Shown here: positions 39,205-50,146 of the stretch, piece after piece
Position numbering within the stretch: position 1 is the stretch's first letter
Layout of the letters: each line of letters starts with the position of its first letter
IMG/VR virus record: IMGVR_UViG_3300021138_000005
DNA length: 64,000 bases
Strand: one strand, 5' to 3'
Origin: an uncultured virus (IMG/VR IMGVR_UViG_3300021138_000005)
Lineage: Duplodnaviria > Heunggongvirae > Uroviricota > Caudoviricetes
Notes under the pieces: model-generated
What the model saw: the letters and a program-made list of their open reading frames with translations, nothing else
Database searches by the model: none
What the model was told of the DNA's origin: nothing
Made by a program: the position numbers and the translations under genes

Positions 39205-39957
39205 ATGGCAAGCTCATTAGAACAGCAGATAATTGACGACGTGCAGACCATGCTGGGCGGTGGCATGGTTGATATTGAACTTGACCCAATACACTATTCT
39301 AATGCGCTAAAGTTTAGTTTTGATCGTTACAGGCAACGCAGCGGTAATGCAGATGAAGAAAGTTATCTGTTCCTCCGCTTAGAGAACGATATCACTGAGT
39401 ATTATCTGCCAGACAATGTGGTATCTGTAAGACAGCTATTCCGCCGCGGGCTTGGTGGTATAACAGGTGGCACACAGATTGATCCGTTCAGCTTGGCTTA
39501 CACTAACTTATATCTACTGCAGGCTGGATCAGGTGGCGGCTACAGTGCAGGTTTGCTGACCTACGAATTGTTCTATGAATATCTAGATCAAGCAGGTCGT
39601 ATGTTTGGCCGCGATATCAATTTTACATTTAACACTGTTACTAAATGTCTCAGCATAGTTCGTAGACCCAGCGGCAATGAACAGATTTTGATCTGGGCAT
39701 ACATGTATCGTCCTAATGATGAGATATTGCAAGATCCGTTTGCTCGCCCGTGGATCAGAGATTATACGTTGGCTTGGTGCCAACGTATGCTTGGTGAAGC
39801 TTACAGCAAATTCCAGACTATGCCTGGACCGCAAGGTGGGACTACTCTCAAAGGGGATGCACTCAAGCAAGAGGCTGCAGCAGCTATGGAACGCCTTGAG
39901 AAAGACATCGATCTCTATATCGACAATGCGATGCCGCTCGGAATCATTATTGGTTAA
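39205..39957 (+). CDS. Neck protein, gp13-like
   Basis: LGGGMVDIELD, YSKF...GPQGGTTLKG; TATAAATA at 39182-89. Confidence 0.85.
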   Translation: MASSLEQQIIDDVQTMLGGGMVDIELDPIHYSNALKFSFDRYRQRSGNADEESYLFLRLENDITEYYLPDNVVSVRQLFRRGLGGITGGTQIDPFSLAYTNLYLLQAGSGGGYSAGLLTYELFYEYLDQAGRMFGRDINFTFNTVTKCLSIVRRPSGNEQILIWAYMYRPNDEILQDPFARPWIRDYTLAWCQRMLGEAYSKFQTMPGPQGGTTLKGDALKQEAAAAMERLEKDIDLYIDNAMPLGIIIG

Positions 39958-40531
39958 TGAATAAAGATTTAAGTGCCGCTTTGCCGGCATTTGTAAGCTT
40001 ATCTTGTCCAAGCACTGTGTAAACACCATCTGGCACTGGAACTAAATCTATTCGTTGCCACTGTTGCTTCCAAGTCCACCACGATTCGCTCTTCATATCA
40101 AAGAAAAATAGTTCGCAGAGTTCCCAGGGTTCTTGATCATACAGGAACCTATCTATGTACATCTGTGCTGGCCATGCTGCGTCTGTGTTGATTTTGAGCA
40201 AGCTTGCGTCCTGAGTAAACAATCCTATGACATAAACTCGATGTACCCACCTAGCAATACAGCTGTCTCGTCGCAGCGCATTGTCAGTGTTTAGCTGCCT
40301 TCTAGGCCAAGATCGATGCATGCTCTTATTCGAACGCATGAGATATCGATTGGCTTCTTTGAGGTGCTCTATGTCTAGCTCATAGCAGTGCTCTTCAATA
40401 TCTCCGATACCAGATCCCGGATAGGTCAATATGCTAATCTGATGCCCGCTATAAGTAGCTAATTCTGCTGCTACACTGTTAGCAACACTCTCGCCGCCGT
40501 CGGATAGCATGATTATATTTTGATCAGGCAT
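39947..40531 (-). CDS. Hypothetical protein
   Basis: 194-aa ORF with SD and TAAATA on the minus strand at 40554-59. Confidence 0.6.
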   Translation of the reverse strand: MPDQNIIMLSDGGESVANSVAAELATYSGHQISILTYPGSGIGDIEEHCYELDIEHLKEANRYLMRSNKSMHRSWPRRQLNTDNALRRDSCIARWVHRVYVIGLFTQDASLLKINTDAAWPAQMYIDRFLYDQEPWELCELFFFDMKSESWWTWKQQWQRIDLVPVPDGVYTVLGQDKLTNAGKAALKSLFINQ

Positions 40532-40560
40532 TTAATTTCCTTTGATATGTAGATATTTAC

Positions 40561-41145
40561 TCAGCTGATTAATCCAGCTACTGCTTGCTTGAGTTGGTCT
40601 AAGGTACCATTGTTGGAGATAGTTTGATCAAACTTGGATCTAACCCAGGCCCATTCGCTGGCATGTATGTCACTTGGCGGGGACCCACCTAACCTATACT
40701 GATCAAACCATGATGGTCTGACACCTCGTTCTACATGCCATACCTGTCCATTTAGTTTTTTGATTAGATTGATCTCGTTGGGAAAACGCATGTCGGGGAT
40801 CACATAGTTGAGATTGTTATCGAGCTTGCGCTCCATGCTAGCAATCCATATGTCGTCGTGGAAATTTGAACGGCAAACTTCGGTTCCCCACTGCTGCAAT
40901 ACCAAACGCGGGCTCAAGTTTGGTATCTTAAGCCTGTCAGCCCACCACGTGTCTGTCTGTTCTCGCCAAGCTCTGCTTTCGTCTGTGTCGCCTTCTAGCA
41001 AGTTGCGAGGCCACCCAAATACTGCTGCAACTGCATCTTTGAGACTGTCGGCAAAACTGACCTTAACAAATCCGTGTTCTTGCTCGAGCATGTCTGCTAC
41101 AGTGCCTTTACCGCTGCCTATTAATCCGCATATGCCTATGATCAT
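40561..41145 (-). CDS. Deoxynucleoside monophosphate kinase (T4 gp1-like)
   Basis: GLIGSGKGT, SFADSLKD, LQQWGTEVCR, DMRFPNE, HASE; GGAGG SD. Confidence 0.9.
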   Translation of the reverse strand: MIIGICGLIGSGKGTVADMLEQEHGFVKVSFADSLKDAVAAVFGWPRNLLEGDTDESRAWREQTDTWWADRLKIPNLSPRLVLQQWGTEVCRSNFHDDIWIASMERKLDNNLNYVIPDMRFPNEINLIKKLNGQVWHVERGVRPSWFDQYRLGGSPPSDIHASEWAWVRSKFDQTISNNGTLDQLKQAVAGLIS

Positions 41146-41163
41146 TTGATCCTCCATCGTGCA

Positions 41164-41192
41164 ATAATACTAGGTCTTTGGCATACGATCAA
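41164..41192 (-). promoter_or_regulatory. Sigma70-type promoter for the dNMP kinase
   Basis: TTGATC-N17-TATTAT on the minus strand. Confidence 0.55.
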
Positions 41193-41287
41193 GCGCATTA
41201 CTCATGATACCACTGGTACAAATAGTGGTTTTTTATCATGGTGATGATAAATAGATCAGCACACATTCCCAATGGAGAGGTTCGAAT

Positions 41288-44200
41288 ATGGCCACCTTAG
41301 TATCACCAGGCGTTAGTGTATCAGTTGTAGATGAGAGCGCATATGCAAGCGCCGGTCTTGGTACCACACCGCTCATCTTAATCGCTACAGGCGCAAATAA
41401 ATTACAACCAGGCAGCTCAACTGCAGTTGCACCTGGTACTACTGCAGCACAAGCTAATCAACTTTATCTAATTAGCAGCCAGCGAGATTTGGTACAGACA
41501 TTTGGAACGCCAACGTTCTACACCACTGCTGGTACACCAAATTATGGTAATCAGCTTAACGAATTGGGCCTATTTACTGCTTATCAGTATCTTGGAATTG
41601 CTAACACTGCGTATGTGTTGCGTGCTGACATCGATCTTACCCAGATGGTCCCTACTAGCGTTGAACCAGTTGGTTCTCCATCAGTTGGGCAGTACTGGAT
41701 GGATACTACTAACACAACCTGGGGCATCTTTACCAGCAACGGTAATGTTAACAGTGCACTTAGCTGGCAAGCAAGCAACCCTGTAGTGTTGACAGATAGC
41801 ACCAACCTTGAGATAGTAGTACAAGGAAAAACTGCTGCTATCAGTGGCAGTGCAAACATCATTGCTACTAGCGGTAATTTGGTAATCAACAATACGTCGA
41901 TTGCGTTGACAGCAGGCATGAGCATCAGCGATGTCGCGAGCGCAGTGAATAATTCTGCGGTGCACATGAACGGTATATCGGCTGTAGTGTACGGTAGAAC
42001 AGGCAAGCCAGATGTTACAGTGACCGCTGTAGATGATATGTATCATCTGCGTTTGGTTAGCAGCAGCATTGATACAACAATCGATCTGCTTAATTCCAAC
42101 AGTTATATCTTAACATATCTCGGATTTGTAGCAAACAGCATGCCAACTCCGGAACCAATCAACACTATTGCACCTAAGCAGTCATACGGTGTAGTAGGCG
42201 AATACGTAGTAGATGCATACAGCACCAACCTAACCACTGGGTTGATGGAAAACAGCATATGGCAGAAGATAGAACAAACAACGCTAGATGGAAACACCAC
42301 TGCCTGGTGGTTCAAGGTTGGTAGCCAAGATGTTGAATTTCCAGGTTGGGGTTGGCAGCAAGCTGTACCTTCTGTAATAGTAGGTACTGTAGCTAATCCT
42401 ACTTTGGTTGTGGGCACACAGTGCACTATAAGCATTGGAAATTCTATACCTGTTACCATCACACTATCTGGTACTACAGTGACTTCGTTTGCTGCTGATA
42501 TCAATGCAGTGCTTGATGCTAACAACTTTAATGTGTATGCTGACATATATCAGTCTGGCAATAATCAATATCTGCGCATCACTAACTATGATGCTAGCAA
42601 CACACAGTTTGACGATATAAGCACACAAGCAAACATCACTCATCCTTGGCAAACAGCTGGAATACCTACGACGCAGACCTATTATGGTAGTGTCACAGGC
42701 ACTGTAAGTTCGCCTACATACGTTGCAGCTAATCTTTATGTTCAGTCTGCAACAGTTGTTGCACCCGGTGCTGGTTATGCAGTAAATGATCCATTGAATA
42801 TCGTTGGCGGCGTACACTCAGTAGCAGCGGTTGCTACAGTGACAACAATACAAGCTATATCAGCAAGCATTGCAGCCACTGGTAGCGGTTATGCTCAGAA
42901 TGATACCCTGACATTCAGCGGTGCAGGCTACCTCAGTCCTGTAATATGCACGGTTACTAGCGTTGGCGGCGGCGGTGCAATCACAGGCATCAGTGTTACT
43001 CAAGGAGGACAGTTTAACACTGCAACTCCAAGTAATCCTGTAACTCCTAGCGGTACTAGCGGTGGAGGCAATGGTGCTACGGTAACATTAGGATGGGGTG
43101 TTGGCGCCGTAACAGTAACCACTGCTGGTAACTATACGCAGGCACCTACTAATCCAGTTGCAGTAACAGGTGGCAGCGGAACCAATGCAACCTTAAACGT
43201 TACTATGGATTATCTCGTAAGCAATACGTTTAGCATTGATCCCGGTACTGGTAATCCTATCACAGTGCATGTACCAGCTGCTCCTTATAACAGCCTAGCT
43301 GGTGTTGTAAGCGCTATCAATGCTGCATTCCCTACCGGACCTATCGTAGCGTCAGTGGCCACGGGCAACTATCTAAAGATCACAAACACCAATGGTACCC
43401 AATTCACTCTCCAGGATATCAGCGGTACTCCGTTGAACAGTTCTGGTATACAGGTTGGTTATACATACGGTCGACAGATGATATATCAAGGTTATTATCC
43501 ATCGTTGACTGTTCCTAGTAGCCTTGCTCAACTAGCAGCTACCAATGTTTGGATCAACACTACTCCTCAGGATCGTGGCACTAGCATATCGATCAAGAAG
43601 TACAATGGTACAGCATGGGTTCCGCAAAATACTAATCCTGCAACTGGTACAATACCTATGTACAGCAGTGATGCTGTAGCTAACGCTGCATTTGGTTCTA
43701 CTAAGGTCATTGGTACTATCTATGCTCGTTATAACAACGATGGTAACAGCCCGCCAATAGCAAACACAGTGGTATACGAATGGGATGGATCGGCTTGGGT
43801 AACGTTTGATTACACTCCTAGTGCAACAGCACCAGCCGGATCGCCAGCTAATGGCACGCTATGGTATAATACCTATCTACAGGTTGATATCATGGTTGGC
43901 AACGGCCAAATCTGGCAGGGTTACCGCAATGCATACTCTGCAACTGATCCAAATGGTGCTATCATTGATGGCAGCATGCCAACTACACAGAGCGATGGTG
44001 TAAGTCCATTGGTTACCAACGACATCTGGATAGATAGCAGTGCTACACCGTATCCTCAAATTTACAGATACGATGGAGTATCTGGCACATTTGCTTTGGT
44101 TGATAATACCAATCATAGCAGTCCGTCGGGTATCATATTCAGCGATGCGCGTTGGAATTCAAACGGCCAGACCACAGGCAGCCAGATGCCTAGTGCAATG

Positions 44201-45379
44201 GTTGTCAGCAATTACGTAGATAGTGATGCGCCAAATGCAGAGCTGTATCCATCGGGTATGCTGCTGTTCAACACACGTTATAGCACCTATAATGTCAAGG
44301 AATATGCCGTAGACTATTTCCCAACGTTGAGCGCACCATATCTAACCAGCACTTGGGTCACTGCAAGCGGTAACCGTCCAGACGGTACGCCGTACATGGG
44401 TCCTGATGCTCAGAGGATCATGGTTACAACAGCTCTTAATGCAAGCCTTGAATCAAACCAAGCTATAAGAGGTGATGCGATATATTACAACCTCTTGGCA
44501 ACTCCTGGTTATATTGAATGTTTGCCTGCGATGCAATCACTAAACCAAAGCCGTAACTACACAGGCTTTATCGTAGCAGATCCGCCAGGTGGTCTTCCAA
44601 GCGATACTACCAGCCTGCAGAATTGGGCAAGCAATGCTAACAATGCAGCTCTTGATGGTCCAGACGGTTTGGTAAGCAGCGCAGACTCGTACAGCGGTGT
44701 ATACTATCCTTGGGCACTTGCTACCAACCTGGACGGTACCAACGTATTTGTACCACCTAGCGAGATGGCGTTGCGTACGATAGCATACAATGACCAAGTT
44801 GCTTACCCATGGTTTGCTCCAGCAGGTTTCAACCGTGGTCTAGTAACTGGCGTTAACAGCGTTGGTTATCTCAAGAGCGATGGTACATACCAACCAGTTA
44901 GCTTGAATCAAGGACAGCGCGATGTTCTTTACATCAACCGTATCAACCCAATCAGCTTCATACCAAATCGTGGATTGGTGATATTCGGTCAAAAGACACT
45001 GGATCCTATTGCAACAGCATTGGATCGTATCAACGTTGCACGCTTGATCAACTATCTAGCTTACAACTTGAATACAATAGCTCAACCGTTCTTGTTTGAA
45101 CCAAATGATCAACAGACTCGTCAGGCTGTGACCAACGTGTTTAACAGCTTTATGGCTAACCTAGTTGGGTTGCGTGCATTGTACGACTATGCAGTTGTTT
45201 GCGATACCACAAACAATACGCCAGTTACTATTGACCGTAACGAGCTGTGGATAGATGTTGCGATCAAGCCAGAAAAGGCTATCGAGTTCATCTACATCCC
45301 GATACGAATCCTAAACACTGGTGACCCGATGCCGGGTGGCACACAGCAACAAGGGCAGCAGACTGCTATAGCAGGATAA
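41288..45379 (+). CDS. Tail sheath protein (gp18-like) with large insertions
   Basis: LVSPGVSV start; WFAPAGFNRG, DRINVARL, FLFEPND, KAIEFIYIP; TAAATA at 41248-53. Confidence 0.95.
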   Translation: MATLVSPGVSVSVVDESAYASAGLGTTPLILIATGANKLQPGSSTAVAPGTTAAQANQLYLISSQRDLVQTFGTPTFYTTAGTPNYGNQLNELGLFTAYQYLGIANTAYVLRADIDLTQMVPTSVEPVGSPSVGQYWMDTTNTTWGIFTSNGNVNSALSWQASNPVVLTDSTNLEIVVQGKTAAISGSANIIATSGNLVINNTSIALTAGMSISDVASAVNNSAVHMNGISAVVYGRTGKPDVTVTAVDDMYHLRLVSSSIDTTIDLLNSNSYILTYLGFVANSMPTPEPINTIAPKQSYGVVGEYVVDAYSTNLTTGLMENSIWQKIEQTTLDGNTTAWWFKVGSQDVEFPGWGWQQAVPSVIVGTVANPTLVVGTQCTISIGNSIPVTITLSGTTVTSFAADINAVLDANNFNVYADIYQSGNNQYLRITNYDASNTQFDDISTQANITHPWQTAGIPTTQTYYGSVTGTVSSPTYVAANLYVQSATVVAPGAGYAVNDPLNIVGGVHSVAAVATVTTIQAISASIAATGSGYAQNDTLTFSGAGYLSPVICTVTSVGGGGAITGISVTQGGQFNTATPSNPVTPSGTSGGGNGATVTLGWGVGAVTVTTAGNYTQAPTNPVAVTGGSGTNATLNVTMDYLVSNTFSIDPGTGNPITVHVPAAPYNSLAGVVSAINAAFPTGPIVASVATGNYLKITNTNGTQFTLQDISGTPLNSSGIQVGYTYGRQMIYQGYYPSLTVPSSLAQLAATNVWINTTPQDRGTSISIKKYNGTAWVPQNTNPATGTIPMYSSDAVANAAFGSTKVIGTIYARYNNDGNSPPIANTVVYEWDGSAWVTFDYTPSATAPAGSPANGTLWYNTYLQVDIMVGNGQIWQGYRNAYSATDPNGAIIDGSMPTTQSDGVSPLVTNDIWIDSSATPYPQIYRYDGVSGTFALVDNTNHSSPSGIIFSDARWNSNGQTTGSQMPSAMVVSNYVDSDAPNAELYPSGMLLFNTRYSTYNVKEYAVDYFPTLSAPYLTSTWVTASGNRPDGTPYMGPDAQRIMVTTALNASLESNQAIRGDAIYYNLLATPGYIECLPAMQSLNQSRNYTGFIVADPPGGLPSDTTSLQNWASNANNAALDGPDGLVSSADSYSGVYYPWALATNLDGTNVFVPPSEMALRTIAYNDQVAYPWFAPAGFNRGLVTGVNSVGYLKSDGTYQPVSLNQGQRDVLYINRINPISFIPNRGLVIFGQKTLDPIATALDRINVARLINYLAYNLNTIAQPFLFEPNDQQTRQAVTNVFNSFMANLVGLRALYDYAVVCDTTNNTPVTIDRNELWIDVAIKPEKAIEFIYIPIRILNTGDPMPGGTQQQGQQTAIAG

Positions 45380-45384
45380 TAACA

Positions 45385-45411
45385 GTAAACCGGGCTAAAT
45401 GCCCGGTTTAC
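45385..45411 (+). terminator. Terminator-like hairpin after the sheath gene
   Basis: gtaaaccgggc-taaat-gcccggtttac. Confidence 0.75.
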
Positions 45412-45458
45412 CTTATCTAACACATTGCTGTTTTGGATAATTGGTAGTTAAATATCGT

Positions 45459-45761
45459 ATGACTGGTGTAAGCGAAAACATGGCTGATGTAACTGAGACC
45501 TTGAAAAATGATCTCAGTGCAGCACTTTATACCTATCTTACTGGATTACATAAACAGTTAGAAACCAAAATTAACACAGAAACAGCTAACGATGTTGTAT
45601 TATCGGTGCTAAGTCTAAATATTGGTCATATATTAGGTCAATTAGATCCAACTACGAGAAATGATAATCTTGCAATCGTTGACAGCATCATCAAAGATCA
45701 AATCACCGAAGTCAGCAAGCTAACTGATATACAAACATATGGTATGATAGGCCACGGATGA
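45459..45761 (+). CDS. Hypothetical protein
   Basis: ORF starts 4 nt after TAAATA (45449-54); its stop overlaps the next ATG. Confidence 0.55.
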   Translation: MTGVSENMADVTETLKNDLSAALYTYLTGLHKQLETKINTETANDVVLSVLSLNIGHILGQLDPTTRNDNLAIVDSIIKDQITEVSKLTDIQTYGMIGHG

Positions 45762-46669
45762 TTTCTCGTGTAACCAATGAAAATCCCGACTGTGGGTTGG
45801 TAACATTGTTCATGCATAATTATTGCAATTACTCGTGCTCATATTGCAGCCCTGTGCATCGAGATAACACTCGCCGCTGGCCAGATGATATCACAGCATA
45901 TGTTGAATTCCTCAAGCAGGTACGAGAACGTAATCGGTATCTGTATGTAGAACTTATGGGCGGTGAGCCGACATTATGGCCAAAGTTTAGAGAATTTATT
46001 GATGCAATAGCTGATGACAATACGTATATCGAATTCAGCACCAATGCATCAAGGACATTGCGATACTGGGAAGAATTTCGCAGTGGACCTATGTATATAA
46101 TGATGAGCTGGCACCACGAGCAATGCGACGATGATCACTTCTACGAAGTAGCAAAGATATTGCAGCACAAGGTCAGTGTTGGTGTTGCTCTAATGGTAGT
46201 ACCAGAGAATTTTGATCGAGCAAAACGCATGCAACAGCGGTTAGAAGGGTTGGATATAGAGATATTACCTAGATTTGTTAGACAGGATATTGATAGCGCA
46301 GTTTTCTTTGATTATACCACAGAGCAGCGAGATTGGATAACCAATTATCGATATCTAAAGATGAAACCGCATGCAATGCAATGGGCACTGCCGGTTAATC
46401 TACATCTTGACGGCACAAAGATTCGATTTCCTCAAATACTTGATCGAGGTTTGCACAATTTCAAAGGCATGCAATGCTCAGCTGGTGTAAAGCGATTCTA
46501 CGTGAATTACGATGGTAATATCTATAAGTGTTCTCGCAGAGTTGGTGCAGTAGTTGGTAATATATTTGGCGAGTATCAATTACCTACACAGGGTATCATC
46601 TGTGATCAAGATCTGTGTCCATGTAAATGGGATGCTATCGTAGAAAAACAGTCACCTGAGGCAGCGTAA
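45758..46669 (+). CDS. Radical SAM enzyme with C-terminal SPASM/twitch-like Cys motif
   Basis: CNYSCSYC, GGEPT, CSAG...YKC...CDQDLCPC. Confidence 0.9.
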   Translation: MISRVTNENPDCGLVTLFMHNYCNYSCSYCSPVHRDNTRRWPDDITAYVEFLKQVRERNRYLYVELMGGEPTLWPKFREFIDAIADDNTYIEFSTNASRTLRYWEEFRSGPMYIMMSWHHEQCDDDHFYEVAKILQHKVSVGVALMVVPENFDRAKRMQQRLEGLDIEILPRFVRQDIDSAVFFDYTTEQRDWITNYRYLKMKPHAMQWALPVNLHLDGTKIRFPQILDRGLHNFKGMQCSAGVKRFYVNYDGNIYKCSRRVGAVVGNIFGEYQLPTQGIICDQDLCPCKWDAIVEKQSPEAA

Positions 46670-47500
46670 TAATGGTCTAATTCCCACTGGATGCCCGTCC
46701 AAGGTTTTGGCAATATGTATTGCTTTGGTTGGCACGAGATCAAAATCTTTGCATACCTGGGTGTAGGCTTCTTGATATTTTCGCCAAAAATATTCGGGCC
46801 CTAGCTGTTTCATAAACGCAATGCCAATATGTAGCGGGCTTTGGCAAACCATATTGAATTCATTCATGATAGTGATAGCACCATCTGGTCTTGACCTAGC
46901 AAATCTCAATGCTACACGATCATTGCCGAGTCCTCCCTTGCTCAAGCTTATGGCAAATGTGTGTATAGCAGGATGATCAAAATCAAAATCTATGCCTCGG
47001 CTGCATGATATCCACGCCCCGTCTATGTGTACAGGTATGCTCTGCTTTGCACAGCTATCTAATATATCGTACATATCCGGATGTACGTCGCCGTGTGCAG
47101 GAAACGGCATAGATATTAACAGTTCTTTGCTGGGATCAAGTGTGCTAACGGTAGTATATTCTATACCTTGGTTTAATCGCCAATGATATCTGTATTCGTT
47201 CTCAAAGACCATGAGATTACGATTACCGACTCGCTGGTATAGGTCATCTATGTATTGGGTGCATCCAACACAGACGTCTAACCGTTCAAAGTTTCGGTAT
47301 CCTCTTAAATTACTCATAGCATGTCCGTCGAGATATTCCAAGAACGCAGCTTTGAAATCATTGACAATATTTTCAGAATCTACTGGATTATCGCGATAAA
47401 CAGATTCGTATAACTTGTTTATGCTGGTATCATACATCGGCTGAGGTCGATCAACTTGCAACCATTCTTGAGAATATTGTCTGTTTGTGCCGTCTCGCAT
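46652..47500 (-). CDS. PLP-dependent transferase-fold enzyme (putative)
   Basis: PVHIDGAW and ISLSKG (Schiff-base Lys) pattern of fold-type I. Confidence 0.6.
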   Translation of the reverse strand: MRDGTNRQYSQEWLQVDRPQPMYDTSINKLYESVYRDNPVDSENIVNDFKAAFLEYLDGHAMSNLRGYRNFERLDVCVGCTQYIDDLYQRVGNRNLMVFENEYRYHWRLNQGIEYTTVSTLDPSKELLISMPFPAHGDVHPDMYDILDSCAKQSIPVHIDGAWISCSRGIDFDFDHPAIHTFAISLSKGGLGNDRVALRFARSRPDGAITIMNEFNMVCQSPLHIGIAFMKQLGPEYFWRKYQEAYTQVCKDFDLVPTKAIHIAKTLDGHPVGIRPLLRCLR

Positions 47501-47568
47501 GGCACAAGTTTACTTGTTTGCTGTGAGATCGTATATATTGATATGTTTATTATCATGGATGTATCTTA

Positions 47569-48843
47569 ATGTGGTGCCCACTACCCTGGACACATCTAGG
47601 TGTGAAGAACAACGGTGATTTGCGCATGTGCTCCCACAGCCAGAGCGCAGGCAAAGGCAACACGCTGTTGTGCAACAATAACATACCATTGACCATACAA
47701 GATCTCTCATTAGTCGACGTGATGAATTGCGATACACTCAAAGATGTGCGCAAGGACATGCTCAAAGGTAAATGGCCGACGCAATGCCAACGATGCCTCA
47801 AGGAATCTCTTACTGATTCAAACAGCAGAAATAAATGGGAAACTGATAGACACAAACACAGCTTTACCAAAGAGATGGCGTTGTCTATAACCAATCCAGA
47901 CGGTAGCGTGGTTGGCGGTCAATGGCAAGATTTTGATCTGCGCATTGGGAATGAATGTAATCTACGCTGTGTGATGTGCTTTGCTGGTGAAACGTCTAAG
48001 TGGTATGATGATCACGAAGAAATACTTGGCTGGGATTATTTTGTAGTTGATGGTAAGAAGTACGATCTAACCACATCCAGGTCGGCATTTGGTTGGTCAA
48101 AAGACAAGAAAAACATAGATACGCTAATACAGAACTCTGATGCGCTATTAAAGATAAAGTTTGGCGGCGGCGAACCATTACTGATCAAGCATCATCGTTA
48201 TCTTCTTGAATCGTTGATATCGGCCGGACATGCAGGCAGGATGGAACTTGAATATAGTTCAAATCTCACTGTATTTCCTCCTGACCTATTCGCACTGTGG
48301 AAGCATTTCAAACAAATACGCATCTGTGGCAGCTTAGATGCAGTTGGTGCTGCTAATGAAGCTATACGATATCACACTAAGTGGCAAACAGTGGTTGATA
48401 ATCTGCAGATGCTAGATCAAACAGCTGATAACATACATGTGTTCCTGTCGACCACAATAAGTATCCTGTCTCTCGAACATTACGGTTCTTTGCTAGCATG
48501 GATTGCAGATCAACGATATCGTAAGATACGAGATGCTGTTAGCCATCTGGTATACAATCCAAAGTATTTTAATATTGGATTGTTAGATGAATCTCAGCTC
48601 TACAGGATCGTCAACTCGTCAAAGACAGCCGTGGCTCAAAACCCAACTCTAATGAAAAAGGTAGATCATTATCAAACCATGCACGGAACGATAAACATGA
48701 CCAAGGATGAGATTGCTGAACAGAGAGCTTATTTCCTCAGGGTCTGGGATAATCTACAAAAGAACCAACAGCAAGATTGGCAGGATATATTTCCAATGGC
48801 ATCTGTGGTAGCTAGCGAATGGAGAGCTAATCAACATGACTGA
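47569..48843 (+). CDS. Radical SAM enzyme with N-terminal twitch-like Cys domain
   Basis: CPLPW...CQRC; CNLRCVMC; GGEPLL. Confidence 0.9.
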   Translation: MWCPLPWTHLGVKNNGDLRMCSHSQSAGKGNTLLCNNNIPLTIQDLSLVDVMNCDTLKDVRKDMLKGKWPTQCQRCLKESLTDSNSRNKWETDRHKHSFTKEMALSITNPDGSVVGGQWQDFDLRIGNECNLRCVMCFAGETSKWYDDHEEILGWDYFVVDGKKYDLTTSRSAFGWSKDKKNIDTLIQNSDALLKIKFGGGEPLLIKHHRYLLESLISAGHAGRMELEYSSNLTVFPPDLFALWKHFKQIRICGSLDAVGAANEAIRYHTKWQTVVDNLQMLDQTADNIHVFLSTTISILSLEHYGSLLAWIADQRYRKIRDAVSHLVYNPKYFNIGLLDESQLYRIVNSSKTAVAQNPTLMKKVDHYQTMHGTINMTKDEIAEQRAYFLRVWDNLQKNQQQDWQDIFPMASVVASEWRANQHD

Positions 48844-50146
48844 TACCTTCTGTCCGATACCATGGAATTTCCAAGCTGTGCGCAGCAACGGCGATCTACG
48901 AGTATGCTGTCAAGCTAATATTACCAAGAACAAGGGCGTGCTACGAAAGCCAGATGGTAGCAGTTATAACGCAGCGCATGATGATCTAATGTTAGCACGC
49001 AACAGTGATCTTATGAACACCATGCGTAAGAACATGCTAAACGGTGTATGGAGCGATGAATGCGGCCGCTGCAAATCTGAAGAAGACTCTGGTCTGGTAA
49101 GCAGGCGCAGCTATGAGCATGATAGATGGCCATTACGTGCACAAGATGTACGAGAATTTACAAGCGATGACGGTTTGATAGATACAGCTGCGTTGCCGGT
49201 CACTTACTATGATCTGCGTTTTGGTAATCTCTGTAATCTAGCTTGTCGCATGTGCGGGCCGCAAGACAGCACAGGTTGGTATGACGACTATCATGCGCTA
49301 GAAGGCAAGGATTGGTTTGACGACACACACGGTCGTGAACAGATGACTAGGCAAAACGGTAAATGGATAAGTCCTAGCTATGGGTGGCACGATAGTGATA
49401 GCTTTTGGCAGCAGATAGAAGCCAATGCTGGTAATGTTCAGCATGTGTATATGGCCGGCGGCGAACCGTTGCTTATAGAAAGACATTACGAATTTCTTGA
49501 ACGGTGCATCGACAACGGTGCTGCCAAAAACATGCTCATAGAATACAACACTAACATGACCAGCATCTCATCAAGAGCCATTGATCTTTGGAAACATTTC
49601 AAGACCATACAGATAGGTGCTAGCATTGATGGCTATGGTGCTGTTTTAGAATATCAGCGTTATCCAGCCAACTGGGACAAGGTCTGGCGAAACATACAGA
49701 TCATCGATTCTGGTCCAAGCAATACGGCTGCATGGTTTGCTTATACAGTAACAGCGTATAATGTATTACACATGACAGATTTCATGCGATGGAAGTTAGA
49801 AAACAGTGGTCTTACCAAATTCAACAACACTATCCGTCGACCTATAATTACTCACCATGTTGCACATAATCCAAAACACATAAACATCAGAGTTCTGCCG
49901 CCCGAGATCAAAATATTGGTAAGACTGCGATTTGAGGAATTCCATGCATGGGTACTATCAAAACAATATCCAGCGCATGTGATAGCCAGCAGCCTGGGTA
50001 TCATGAACAGTGTATTAGATTACATGAATGCAGATGATTATCATAGTCAATACTGGGAATGGTTTGGTACATTTACTTCGAGATTGGATTCCATACGGGG
50101 ACAGAACATATTAGACATAGTACCCGAATTCAAAGGTTATCTATGA
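48836..50146 (+). CDS. Radical SAM enzyme with N-terminal twitch-like Cys domain
   Basis: CPIPW...VCC...CGRC; CNLACRMC; GGEPLL. Confidence 0.9.
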   Translation: MTDTFCPIPWNFQAVRSNGDLRVCCQANITKNKGVLRKPDGSSYNAAHDDLMLARNSDLMNTMRKNMLNGVWSDECGRCKSEEDSGLVSRRSYEHDRWPLRAQDVREFTSDDGLIDTAALPVTYYDLRFGNLCNLACRMCGPQDSTGWYDDYHALEGKDWFDDTHGREQMTRQNGKWISPSYGWHDSDSFWQQIEANAGNVQHVYMAGGEPLLIERHYEFLERCIDNGAAKNMLIEYNTNMTSISSRAIDLWKHFKTIQIGASIDGYGAVLEYQRYPANWDKVWRNIQIIDSGPSNTAAWFAYTVTAYNVLHMTDFMRWKLENSGLTKFNNTIRRPIITHHVAHNPKHINIRVLPPEIKILVRLRFEEFHAWVLSKQYPAHVIASSLGIMNSVLDYMNADDYHSQYWEWFGTFTSRLDSIRGQNILDIVPEFKGYL

